From NCBI RefSeq assembly GCF_008000775.2, contig NZ_CP042905.2:90001-122000 (forward strand): a DNA stretch of 32,000 nt, in the 5' to 3' direction. Position 1 is the stretch's first letter, and every line of letters starts with the position of its first letter. Below the pieces are notes generated by a model, which saw only the letters and a program-made list of their open reading frames with translations, was not told where the DNA came from and searched no databases. Positions 23,848 to 32,000 of the stretch are shown here, piece by piece. The position numbers were made by a program, and so were the translations under genes. The stretch is from Promethearchaeum syntrophicum (lineage in GTDB: Archaea; Asgardarchaeota; Lokiarchaeia; Sigyniarchaeales; Promethearchaeaceae).

Positions 23848-23973
23848 AAAATTAGTGGATTTACCTAATTTTTAACTATGAATTTAACAGATATCGAGAA
23901 AGGATCAAATTTTTATGATCTGAAAAGAAACTATTGTAAAACATATCAATGTTTTTAACTTATTTTTAAAAAA

Positions 23974-24582
23974 GTGAGTTTAACCATGCCAAATATATTT
24001 AAATTATCAAAAACAATTGTGAAAGTTATTGCGGGGATTATAACTGTTGCATTTATATTTAATTCTGTTAGTGGGTTGATGGGTTCATTAGATTTTCTTG
24101 ATGGAGAAAGTATAACTCCACAGGATCTTGAACCTGGTGATTTTAAAATCAACTTTAATGAATTAGCTATTGAAATAGGAATAGATATTGAAAATAAAGG
24201 AATATATGACTTTGAAGGGATAATCATCGGTTTAACTTTCGAGATAAAATCCAATATTTCTGAGGTTTGGAATGTGATTCTTAACACTACCTCCGATCAA
24301 TTAAATACTTCTATTTCTTCGGATGGTCAAAGAATTGAACCAGGAGAAAAGGAAAGTATTCTTTTGAATGCGACAATCGATGATTTCGCTTTGGATCCTA
24401 ATCAAATTGCTATATTATTTGGATTAAATGCATCTTCTTGGGATATAGTAGAACTTTTTGAAGTGGATTTTGAAATACGTATGAACTTAAGATTTAGTAT
24501 TGATTACGCCTTTGATCAATATCAATTGGATTTCGATTTATCCTTAGATAATGACGTACTAAAAGGAGGATTTGTGCTATGA
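23974..24582 (+). CDS. Membrane-anchored protein (N-terminal TM, extracytoplasmic domain), hypothetical
   Basis: N-terminal helix IVKVIAGIITVAFIF. Alternative start at ATG 23986. First gene of three overlapping membrane-protein genes. Confidence 0.6.
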   Translation: MSLTMPNIFKLSKTIVKVIAGIITVAFIFNSVSGLMGSLDFLDGESITPQDLEPGDFKINFNELAIEIGIDIENKGIYDFEGIIIGLTFEIKSNISEVWNVILNTTSDQLNTSISSDGQRIEPGEKESILLNATIDDFALDPNQIAILFGLNASSWDIVELFEVDFEIRMNLRFSIDYAFDQYQLDFDLSLDNDVLKGGFVL

Positions 24583-25100
24583 AAATCTGGTTACGTTCAA
24601 TATTAGCGGTGTTATCCTCAGCGGTTTCTTGGGTGTTATATATATATTTACCAGAATATCTGCTAAAATTTGTTAGTGGTAATGGAATAACACTTCCTAT
24701 TGCAACTATTGATATCGGAAGTTTTGATCAATTAGTATTTTATGTTAAATCTATTGGTTATATGATTGTGGGTATTACTTTTGCCCATTCAATGGCTGAA
24801 AAAGACACTAAAATCAAACCAATATGGCATCTAATTCGCGTATTTTTCAAAATCCTTTTTTGGGGATTATTTATTTTTGTTGATTTTAGCACGATAGATG
24901 TAAACGCGCTTCTATCCCCAGGAATTGAGCTGGGAATGACAATAAATCTAACTGTATTATTCTGGTTTATGATGGGCGGTATAATTTTTGATATAATAGC
25001 CACAATTTTTGATTTCTTAGCAGCATTTATTCCTGAGAAAGAAAAAAAGGAAAAAATCCCGAAAAATAGAGAAATAGAAAATGAGATGGAGGAGATTTAA
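24579..25100 (+). CDS. Multi-pass membrane protein, hypothetical
   Basis: ATGA start/stop overlap with the previous gene. It has several hydrophobic helices and an acidic/basic tail. Confidence 0.65.
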   Translation: MKIWLRSILAVLSSAVSWVLYIYLPEYLLKFVSGNGITLPIATIDIGSFDQLVFYVKSIGYMIVGITFAHSMAEKDTKIKPIWHLIRVFFKILFWGLFIFVDFSTIDVNALLSPGIELGMTINLTVLFWFMMGGIIFDIIATIFDFLAAFIPEKEKKEKIPKNREIENEMEEI

Positions 25101-25101
25101 A

Positions 25102-25368
25102 ATGGTTTCACCAAGTGATATTTCAAAATTCTTTGAACCTATTGTACCGTATATTAATTGGATAATTTTATTCATTACGCCAATTTATATTGCGATAGGT
25201 GAATTTTTCTCGAAGATTGCTATAGCTTTTATTTCAGTCTTACCGTCAGACTCATTAGTCCTTCCTATCATCGTAATGATTATTTTTATTGGATTAGGTA
25301 TATTATTTGGAATAAAACCTGATATATTGGAAGGTATATTCAAGAAGAAATCAGATAATGAAAACTAA
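25102..25368 (+). CDS. Small membrane protein, hypothetical
   Basis: GGAGGAG lies 7 nt upstream of ATG 25102 (MVSPSDISKF). The track start at 25081 lies inside the previous gene. Confidence 0.6.
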   Translation: MVSPSDISKFFEPIVPYINWIILFITPIYIAIGEFFSKIAIAFISVLPSDSLVLPIIVMIIFIGLGILFGIKPDILEGIFKKKSDNEN

Positions 25369-25416
25369 TGTTATTTTCGTTAATTTTTTTTGTTTATTTT
25401 AATTTCTAACTATTAT

Positions 25417-25815
25417 ATGTTAGATTTTATTAAGATTGCAATAGGTGTGGGAGAGCAAGATGAAATTTTTAACAAAGGGCATTTTGGTGAATCGAAGAAA
25501 TTTTTTGTTTACCAATACAATATACACAGTAAGAAACTCGAATTATTAAATTCGTATACAAATACATCCCCCGAAGAAAAAAAACATGCGGATCCAGACA
25601 AAGCGAGAAATGTTTCATCTATTATTGGGGAGGTTGATTGCATACTCGCCCATGCTTTAGGACAGAATATTATTAGAATGAGGAAGAAATATCTAATTTT
25701 AATATCTCGATCTCTATATATTAAAGAAGCTCTCAACAAATTTCCTGAAAACATTGAATTAATCCTACAAGAAATGGCTAAAAAAAATGAAGAGCGAAAA
25801 GTTCTCAAAATCTAA
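25417..25815 (+). CDS. NifX/NifB-C-terminal-like (dinitrogenase FeMo-cofactor biosynthesis family) domain protein
   Basis: IAIGVGEQDEIFNKGHFGESKKFFVYQY fits the family pattern (kiAv ... HFG ... f.iy). ATG 25417 is preferred over the track TTG at 25390. Confidence 0.5.
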   Translation: MLDFIKIAIGVGEQDEIFNKGHFGESKKFFVYQYNIHSKKLELLNSYTNTSPEEKKHADPDKARNVSSIIGEVDCILAHALGQNIIRMRKKYLILISRSLYIKEALNKFPENIELILQEMAKKNEERKVLKI

Positions 25816-25846
25816 TATATAAATAAAGATAATTAGGTGAGGAAAA

Positions 25847-26332
25847 ATTATTTTTCAACCAATTGGAACTATTCATACACCCTATATTGATGAAGCCCCA
25901 TATCAACCACTAAAGGATGATAAAGGAGAATTCTATATAGTTCTCCAAGAAACACTTACTCCAGCGTTAGAAGGTTTAAATCATTTTAAATATATTTATA
26001 TTATTTATTTTATTGACAAATTACCAAAAACAGAAGTTAATCTTAATATAAATCCACCTTGGATAGAAAACATAGAAATTGGACTATTTGCATCTAGAGC
26101 ACCTAATCGACCAAATCCAATAGGATTAAGTATAGTAAAAATAAAAAAAATTGAGAAAAATATAATTTATACTTCAGGGTTGGATGTTCTTGATAATACA
26201 CCATTACTGGATATCAAACCTTATATTCGAGAGTTAGATTCAAAATCAGATGCCAACTATGGATGGTTGAATTTTGAAAATGAAGAAGATAAAGGTCATT
26301 TATTACTGCATATTAAAGGAATTCCACATTAA
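25847..26332 (+). CDS. trmO: TrmO/TsaA-family protein (tRNA m6t6A37 methyltransferase-like); no canonical start codon
   Basis: Absent from the ORF track. My translation of this frame: (K)IIFQPIGTIHTPYIDEAPYQP...GLFASRAPNRPNPIGLSIVKI...LDVLDNTPLLDIKPYI...HIKGIPH, stop TAA 26330..26332. The frame is closed by TGA 25838..25840 and has no ATG, GTG or TTG until near the 3' end. Confidence 0.8.
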   Translation: MIFQPIGTIHTPYIDEAPYQPLKDDKGEFYIVLQETLTPALEGLNHFKYIYIIYFIDKLPKTEVNLNINPPWIENIEIGLFASRAPNRPNPIGLSIVKIKKIEKNIIYTSGLDVLDNTPLLDIKPYIRELDSKSDANYGWLNFENEEDKGHLLLHIKGIPH

Positions 26333-26471
26333 ATTTCAAATCCCTAATATTTAATTAGAATATTTAAATTTGTATAATTAAATGTTTTTAACAAATAATA
26401 AAAGCAGAAATCTCAATAAAATTAATAAAATATGCTTAAATTTTAATATAAATAAAAAATGTGAATAAATT

Positions 26472-26849
26472 ATGGCTTCCTCCGTTTTAATCGATGAATT
26501 ATGGATAATTAAACCAGATGGTACTACGATTTTAAACGAACGAAAAGACTTAACGATAGATGAACAATTGTTTGGAGGATTACTTGTAGCAATTAATTCT
26601 TTTTTAATTGAGATTGGGTTAGAGCAATGCCAAACAATTATTACAGAAAACGCAAAATTAACAATTCTTTATTCAACAAGTCCTTCATTAATTTTTATTG
26701 CTCGATCTAGCCCAATTGCCTCTGAAAAAGATATGAATGCAAAATTACATGCAATTCGATCAACATTTATGACTCATTTTAAGAATTGGGCAAAAGACCA
26801 ATATATAATTGATAAGAAAACAAAAGCATTATTTATTTCATTACTATAA
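26472..26849 (+). CDS. Small alpha/beta protein, possibly longin/roadblock-like fold
   Basis: LWIIKPDGTTILNERKD...DEQLFGGLLVAINSFLIE is a pattern I associate with longin/roadblock-like regulatory domains. This is weak. Confidence 0.35.
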   Translation: MASSVLIDELWIIKPDGTTILNERKDLTIDEQLFGGLLVAINSFLIEIGLEQCQTIITENAKLTILYSTSPSLIFIARSSPIASEKDMNAKLHAIRSTFMTHFKNWAKDQYIIDKKTKALFISLL

Positions 26850-27073
26850 TTCTAAAATTTCTCTTTTCATGATCTTTCGGATTTTAAATATATTACTGAA
26901 TTTAAATTTCAAAGGTGTATGTAAAAATTCACGGGTTTTTTCGGAAATTCAGACAGGAAAATAATTAACAAATCAGCATAATTATAAAAAAATCTTTCAA
27001 AATGATGAAATTTAAACTTATTATTAAGGAACTTCTAAATTAGAAAAATAAATATTTGATGTGAGAAGAAGAT

Positions 27074-27337
27074 ATGAGGAAAATTCATTTAGTTTGTCCA
27101 ATTTGCCAAAGAAATAAGAGAATCAAAATTCCTGATAAAATTTTTAATAAAGATGAAGGTTCTCTGTTAAGATTACCAATTGAAAAATTTGAAATATGCC
27201 CCCACCAATTTATCGCTGTTATTGATTATAATTTTTCTGTAAGAGATTATGAAATTGTTGATAATGATGAATTATTCCAATACTATTTGGAAAAAACTCA
27301 TAATCAAATTTCTAATTATGATTTTTCTTATTTTTAA
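27074..27337 (+). CDS. Small zinc-ribbon-like protein
   Basis: CPICQ ... 30 residues ... CPHQF. Confidence 0.45.
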   Translation: MRKIHLVCPICQRNKRIKIPDKIFNKDEGSLLRLPIEKFEICPHQFIAVIDYNFSVRDYEIVDNDELFQYYLEKTHNQISNYDFSYF

Positions 27338-27375
27338 CTTAAATTATATAATATCTCGTTTGATGAAGGGGATTT

Positions 27376-28542
27376 TTACATATTAAATTCAATTGAAACC
27401 TCAAATTCATCCAATTGTTTATTTTTTAAAACATGAAATACCGCACGAGTGTGAGCAAGTCTGAATCTTTTCAAGCTAATACAGACAAAGTGAACTTTAA
27501 AATTTCCTACTTTTAATGGGATTTTTAAATTAAATTTTAACAAGAATGGAATTTGAGGTTTTAATAAAATTCCATTAATTTTTTGCTTTTCACCCGTAGA
27601 AGGGGAAAATAATTCAAAAGAAATTTGAATTGGAGAAGAATCAGGATTAAATAAAGACATTTGGAGTTCACATTCTTTAACAAGTTCTTCTTTTTCCATT
27701 TTAAATAGAGCAATATTTTGATATATTTCATTTGTTTCTGTAAAAATCAAATTGTGGCACTCAATCTTAGGAAGAATGCTAAATTCTTTGAAAAATTCTT
27801 TCTTTTCTAAAACAGGGGTTTTTCGTTCATCTTTAATTAAATTAATAATTTTTTGAATCGTAATATCTTTATTTTTATTAATTTCCGGTAGTTCAGTAAA
27901 GTATAAAGGTCCAAAAATTACGCCCCCAAAATTAACTATCTCGAGATTTTTAGTCTGTTTTATAATTTGAAATATATTTTGAAAATTTGGATGATTCATT
28001 ATTAAAGGTGCAACTAGAATCCCATTTATTGAAAGTTGATCAATTAAGGAATATGGTATAAAAGGAATCGCCCCTGTTATTAATATTTTTGAATAAGGCC
28101 CATTCTTAGGTAAACCAAATAGAGGATTTTGGCGTTGAACCCAGAGATTTTTTATTCCTAATTTTATAAATGCTTCTTCGGTTATTGAAGCAACTTCATC
28201 ATGTTGTTCAACTATAGTAACTTTTTCTACTGCTTGTGAAATTGTAGCTTCAATTATACCACCTTTGGAACCCAAAATTAAAACATTATCTGAGGAATCC
28301 AGTTCCATCATTGAAGTCATCATACTAATCATATGAGGAGCTGAAACGGTTCTGATATTCTTTTTGTCTTTATAGTAAAAAAGAACAGGGCTGTCTGCTA
28401 ATATAAACCTTTTCAATTGATCTTCTGTAAGTAATCTTTCTAAAGGTAAGTTTCCAAGAATTTCTTTAATACGAATATCACGTAGATATCCCATTTTAAT
28501 ATGTTTAGCTAATAAAATTTGAAATAATTTTTGAAAATTCAT
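27376..28542 (-). CDS. Protein-L-isoaspartate O-methyltransferase (PIMT)-like protein with degenerate SAM motif and ~170-aa C-terminal extension
   Basis: VSAPHMISMMTSMMELDSSDNVLILGSKGGIIEATISQAVEKVTIVEQ aligns to the PIMT region (isaPhm ... VLEIGTGSGY). GxGxG is replaced by GSKGG. Confidence 0.65.
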   Translation of the reverse strand: MNFQKLFQILLAKHIKMGYLRDIRIKEILGNLPLERLLTEDQLKRFILADSPVLFYYKDKKNIRTVSAPHMISMMTSMMELDSSDNVLILGSKGGIIEATISQAVEKVTIVEQHDEVASITEEAFIKLGIKNLWVQRQNPLFGLPKNGPYSKILITGAIPFIPYSLIDQLSINGILVAPLIMNHPNFQNIFQIIKQTKNLEIVNFGGVIFGPLYFTELPEINKNKDITIQKIINLIKDERKTPVLEKKEFFKEFSILPKIECHNLIFTETNEIYQNIALFKMEKEELVKECELQMSLFNPDSSPIQISFELFSPSTGEKQKINGILLKPQIPFLLKFNLKIPLKVGNFKVHFVCISLKRFRLAHTRAVFHVLKNKQLDEFEVSIEFNM

Positions 28543-28736
28543 AAGATAATATTCCTTCGAATCCTAGTATTCCCTAAAAAAAACAAATACTTAATTGTTA
28601 TCAGAATTAAGCTGTTTAGAAGAAATTCTTCTAAAATTGTAAAAATAAATATTTAAGAATGTATTTTATTTAAGTAGTAGGAAAAAATGTATACCTTTTC
28701 TGATAATATATAAGCTAAAAGTGGAGTATAAATTTA

Positions 28737-29954
28737 ATGGCTGTTGAGAAAGATAGAGATTCAAATCAAACTATTGAAAAAGAAAAAGATTCGAACTATT
28801 TGATTACATATACCCGACATTTAGAACGAAGATTGCGTAATTTGGAATCTACAAAATCAAAACTAGAAAGAGAATTATTATCTAGTCAACGAGATCTCAC
28901 AAATCTGCGACAAGAACTAGATCGATTACGACAACCACCTTTAATATCAGCAACAGTAACAGATAATTTACCTGATAATAGGGCAATTGTTAAATCTAGT
29001 TCAGGACCGTCATTCGTTGTAAATATTGCGCGTAAAGTAGACTCAAAAAAATTGAAGGTTAATGATCGCGTTGCACTAAATCAAAGAACTTTTTCAATAA
29101 TGGAAGCTTTGCCATCTATTGTTGATCCTTTTGTTCAAGTTATGGAAATTAGTGAAAAACCAACAGAATATTCGTATGAAGATATTGGTGGTTTAGAAGA
29201 GCAATTACAAGAAGTACGAGAAACAGTTGAGTTACCATTATTACGTCCAGAACTTTTCGAAAAAGTTGGAATCAATCCTCCAAAAGGAATACTATTATTT
29301 GGAAGCCCTGGAACAGGGAAAACTTTGGTTGCTAAAGCCGTTGCAAATGCGACTAATGCAACATTTATTCGTATTATCGGTAGTGAATTAGTACAGAAAT
29401 TTATTGGGGAAGGAGCTAGAATGGTTCGTGAACTATTTGAGATGGCACGAAATAAAACTCCTGCGATAATATTTATAGATGAACTAGATGCAATCGGCTC
29501 TAAAAGATTGCAAGTTGCCACATCTGGTGATCGTGAGGTTCAACGCACATTAATGCAATTATTAAGTGAATTAGACGGATTTAACAATCGAGGGGATGTA
29601 CGTATTATTGGAGCAACTAACAGACCAGATATATTGGATCCGGCATTATTGAGACCAGGACGCTTTGATCGCTTAATAGAATTTCCCCCTCCAAACGAAG
29701 AGGCAAGAATTAAGATTTTTGAAATTCATACAAAATCGATGAATTTAGATAAAAAAGCAAAGAACTTTAAAAATTATATATCCTCAACAGAAGGTGCAAC
29801 TGGAGCAGAAATTAATGCAATAGTAATGGAAGCAGGTATGTTTGCAATTCGTAGAGAATCGGATATTATTTCCTTTGCAGATTTTCAAAAAGCGATTACG
29901 AAAGTGATTAAAGGATCCAAAAAATCTCACGCAAGATTTGAACTTTATGCTTAA
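28737..29954 (+). CDS. pan: Proteasome-activating nucleotidase (PAN, AAA+ ATPase)
   Basis: N-terminal coiled coil and an OB region. Walker A GSPGTGKT, Walker B IIFIDELD and second region of homology ATNRPDILDPALLRPGRFD. The C-terminal LYA is an HbYX motif. Confidence 0.95.
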   Translation: MAVEKDRDSNQTIEKEKDSNYLITYTRHLERRLRNLESTKSKLERELLSSQRDLTNLRQELDRLRQPPLISATVTDNLPDNRAIVKSSSGPSFVVNIARKVDSKKLKVNDRVALNQRTFSIMEALPSIVDPFVQVMEISEKPTEYSYEDIGGLEEQLQEVRETVELPLLRPELFEKVGINPPKGILLFGSPGTGKTLVAKAVANATNATFIRIIGSELVQKFIGEGARMVRELFEMARNKTPAIIFIDELDAIGSKRLQVATSGDREVQRTLMQLLSELDGFNNRGDVRIIGATNRPDILDPALLRPGRFDRLIEFPPPNEEARIKIFEIHTKSMNLDKKAKNFKNYISSTEGATGAEINAIVMEAGMFAIRRESDIISFADFQKAITKVIKGSKKSHARFELYA

Positions 29955-29992
29955 ATTTTTTAAGGTTATTTACCTTAATTGAGTGATTTTAC

Positions 29993-30502
29993 ATGAAAAT
30001 GAACTCATTTTCAAAAAAAGAATTATTTCTCCATATTTTTTCAATTTTGAGTTATCAATTTAACGAAAATTTTGCTACTGAATTTTTAAGTCTTTATGAA
30101 AAAATGACCTTTAAATTTTCGAAAAACACAGGAAAATTGAAACATATATATGCTAATAATATTTTACAAGCAAATTATAGAGCTTCTTTGGGAACTTTTT
30201 CTTTAACAATTGATGCTGCAAAAAGAGTCCTAAATAAGATTAAGTTCCCTACTTTTCGAGTTCAAGTTCAATCTGATGTGTCAGAATTTATAGCAGATGG
30301 AAAATCTGTATTCGCAAAACATGTTAAAACAGTAGATCCGAACTTAAGACTTGGAAATGAAGTATTTATCGTTGATGAACAAGATAACTTATTAGCTGTT
30401 GGTAAATTATCTTTACCTCCAAATTATATCCCTTATTTTCAGTTTGGAAGTGCAGTTAATGTAAGACAAGGAATCAACTCAAAAAAAGCAAAAAAATCTT
30501 AA
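29993..30502 (+). CDS. PUA-domain RNA-binding protein (archaeosine-TGT C-terminal-like)
   Basis: DVSEFIADGKSVFAKHVKTVDPNLRLGNEVFIVDEQDNLLAVGKLSLP...GSAVNVRQG is a typical PUA pattern. Confidence 0.7.
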   Translation: MKMNSFSKKELFLHIFSILSYQFNENFATEFLSLYEKMTFKFSKNTGKLKHIYANNILQANYRASLGTFSLTIDAAKRVLNKIKFPTFRVQVQSDVSEFIADGKSVFAKHVKTVDPNLRLGNEVFIVDEQDNLLAVGKLSLPPNYIPYFQFGSAVNVRQGINSKKAKKS

Positions 30503-30526
30503 ATCTAGTATTTGTTTTAAATAATT

Positions 30527-31048
30527 ATGGGAAAATTACCTAAAAGTATGCAAGAAAAAAAAAGAAAAGCTAAAGCTTTACGAACTCAAGGTTCGGCTCC
30601 ATCTAATAAATCTAATGTTTCAAACAAATCCATGAATCGTCAAATGCGAAGACGAATGCAACAACAAGGTGTTGATGGAATGGAACCAATAGAAGCATAC
30701 AGAGTTATTATCCAAACCGAAAATGAAGATTTAGTTATTGATGATCCTCAAGTTATAAAAGTAAAACAACAGGGAATGGAAGTTTTTCAAGTAATTGGAT
30801 CTCCTAAGAAACAACCAGCCTCATCCTATAAAACTGGTCAAATTGATAATAATCTTGAGACTTCTGCAGATTCTGAAGAAATACAAGAAGAATTTGATGA
30901 TGATAGTAATTTAAATGTCGAAATCACAGAGCAAGACATACAACTTGTTTCAATGCAAACCGGAGTTACTCCTAAAGAAGCAGAAAGGGCACTAAAGGAA
31001 ACTAATGGAGATTTAGCTCGTGCTATTATTAATTTAAAAACAAAATAA
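30527..31048 (+). CDS. nac: Nascent polypeptide-associated complex protein (NAC) with C-terminal UBA domain
   Basis: MNRQMRRRMQQQG followed by the NAC beta-barrel (VIIQTENEDLVIDDPQVIKVKQQGMEVFQVIG), then a UBA-like ITEQDIQLVSMQTGVTPKEAERALKETNGDLARAIINL. Alternative start at ATG 30632. Confidence 0.85.
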   Translation: MGKLPKSMQEKKRKAKALRTQGSAPSNKSNVSNKSMNRQMRRRMQQQGVDGMEPIEAYRVIIQTENEDLVIDDPQVIKVKQQGMEVFQVIGSPKKQPASSYKTGQIDNNLETSADSEEIQEEFDDDSNLNVEITEQDIQLVSMQTGVTPKEAERALKETNGDLARAIINLKTK

Positions 31049-31099
31049 TCTATAGTAAAGCATTGTATAGTAATTTTTTTTTAACGTATTTAATTTGGT

Positions 31100-31417
31100 A
31101 TGATTGAAATGTCTGTTATTGCAGCGAAAAAAGCAGAGCAAAAAAAAGGTCCAGAAGCAATTTTCCTTTATATGGGACTAACTTTTGGTGTGGTAATAAT
31201 TCTTGAATTATTCCTATATCTGGTCTTTAGTTGGGAATTATCACAATCTTTTATGGTAAGTATAATGTATTTTCTAATGTTAGGGGCTTTATGTATTGGA
31301 ATAACATCATTTATTCGTGAGCACTCATTGCAATATTCAAATTTTAAAAATTGGTTTTATAGCTTTCTTTTTATAAGTATATTAGTAGGAGCAGTTTTAG
31401 GGGCATATATGTGGTAA
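31100..31417 (+). CDS. Small three-helix membrane protein, hypothetical
   Basis: Track ORF with three hydrophobic segments. Confidence 0.55.
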   Translation: MIEMSVIAAKKAEQKKGPEAIFLYMGLTFGVVIILELFLYLVFSWELSQSFMVSIMYFLMLGALCIGITSFIREHSLQYSNFKNWFYSFLFISILVGAVLGAYMW

Positions 31418-31459
31418 TTTTCTGTTTTTTTTATTAAAACTCAGAAAAAATCAAGTTTA

Positions 31460-31813
31460 TTAATTTCTCTTTAAGATTTTAATTCTCTCATCAATTGTTT
31501 CCAAGAAGTGTAAATTCGGAGACCCTTGAGCAATATTAGCAGCAATGTTATAAGTACGAAGCGCATCTTGTTGATATCCACATTGTTCTAATAAAAACCC
31601 TTTTTCTGCAATTGTTTTTGCTAATCCAAGTTTATTTGGTAATTGTTGTTTAATAGCGATAACTTGATTAAATAAACTTAATGCAAGATTATATTGACCT
31701 TGAAATTTAGCTTTGTGAATTTCCTGCTCGAGTTTAAAGAGATTTACAATTTTTTTCATTGGCGATAAGTTACCCATATAAAGCTGATTAAAAATAAATA
31801 ATTTGAAATTCAT
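31460..31813 (-). CDS. TPR-like repeat protein
   Basis: YNLALSLFNQVIAIKQQL...AKTIAEKGFLLEQCGYQQDALRTYNIAANIA are helical-repeat (TPR-like) units. Confidence 0.5.
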   Translation of the reverse strand: MNFKLFIFNQLYMGNLSPMKKIVNLFKLEQEIHKAKFQGQYNLALSLFNQVIAIKQQLPNKLGLAKTIAEKGFLLEQCGYQQDALRTYNIAANIAQGSPNLHFLETIDERIKILKRN

Positions 31814-31881
31814 TGATATTGAGAAAACATGTGTATATTACATAATCAAAATTTTAATTTTAAAACCATTTATAATATTTA

Positions 31882-32000
31882 ATGAGTATGAGAAATACTG
31901 ATTCAAACCATTCAAAAGTATCTGTTGAAATTAAATGCTCAATTGAAGGTGATTTGTCAAATCTAATCTTAATTTTCAGTTTAGATAAAGGAAATACATG
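31882..32000 (+). CDS. Start of an uncharacterised ORF running off the right edge
   Basis: ATG 31882 and an open frame to the window end (MSMRNTDSNHSKVSVEIKCSIEGDLSNLILIFSLDKGNT). Too short to judge. Confidence 0.3.
   Translation, partial: MSMRNTDSNHSKVSVEIKCSIEGDLSNLILIFSLDKGNT

Noticed and set aside
5664-29521. Other nested or antisense track ORFs: 5664..5849, 7475..7681, 8840..9085, 10217..10405, 11187..11375, 12627..12872, 13572..13790, 16614..16850, 16847..17089, 19994..20206, 21429..21650, 23955..24287, 24758..25003, 25509..25808, 29135..29521
   Set aside because: Each lies wholly inside a longer ORF with better motif or compositional support. Their translations are low-complexity or Cys/Phe/Leu-rich in the way typical of out-of-frame reading of AT-rich genes.

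Overview
AT-rich archaeal chromosomal segment (roughly 30% G+C by eye). The archaeal assignment rests on the right-hand housekeeping genes: proteasome-activating nucleotidase PAN, NAC, a PUA protein, a TrmO-like gene, a PIMT-like gene, a RacX/YgeA-type racemase and a GNAT. The many 23-residue LRR proteins and the base composition fit an Asgard/Lokiarchaeia-like genome, but that is inference only. The window has two parts. (1) About 1-19.4 kb is accessory. It is cut into segments by four same-orientation copies of a ~130-bp G/T-rich repeat that I do not recognise (787-916, 15912-16042, 18199-18325, 19298-19426). Its genes are two divergent LRR genes, a C2H2 zinc-finger protein followed by a large P-loop ATPase with an Mrr-like nuclease and wHTH, a 738-aa protein with a PRTase-like C-terminus, a wHTH protein, a PD-(D/E)xK-like protein with a poly-lysine tail, a Panacea/SocA-like protein followed by a SAMHD1-type HD hydrolase, an LVIVD-repeat surface protein, and a UPF0175/PIN toxin-antitoxin pair. 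No integrase, transposase, CRISPR array, tRNA or rRNA is visible. (2) About 19.4-32 kb is mostly housekeeping. It starts with a Fic gene bracketed by a ~155-bp duplicated fragment of the neighbouring racemase gene and preceded by a 2 x 64-bp tandem hairpin repeat. Three ORF lesions are visible: an in-frame TAA in the LRR gene, an in-frame TGA upstream of a membrane protein, and a TrmO-like gene with no canonical start (A5-run frameshift or ATT start). All domain calls come from motifs read by eye in the supplied translations; no database search was run.
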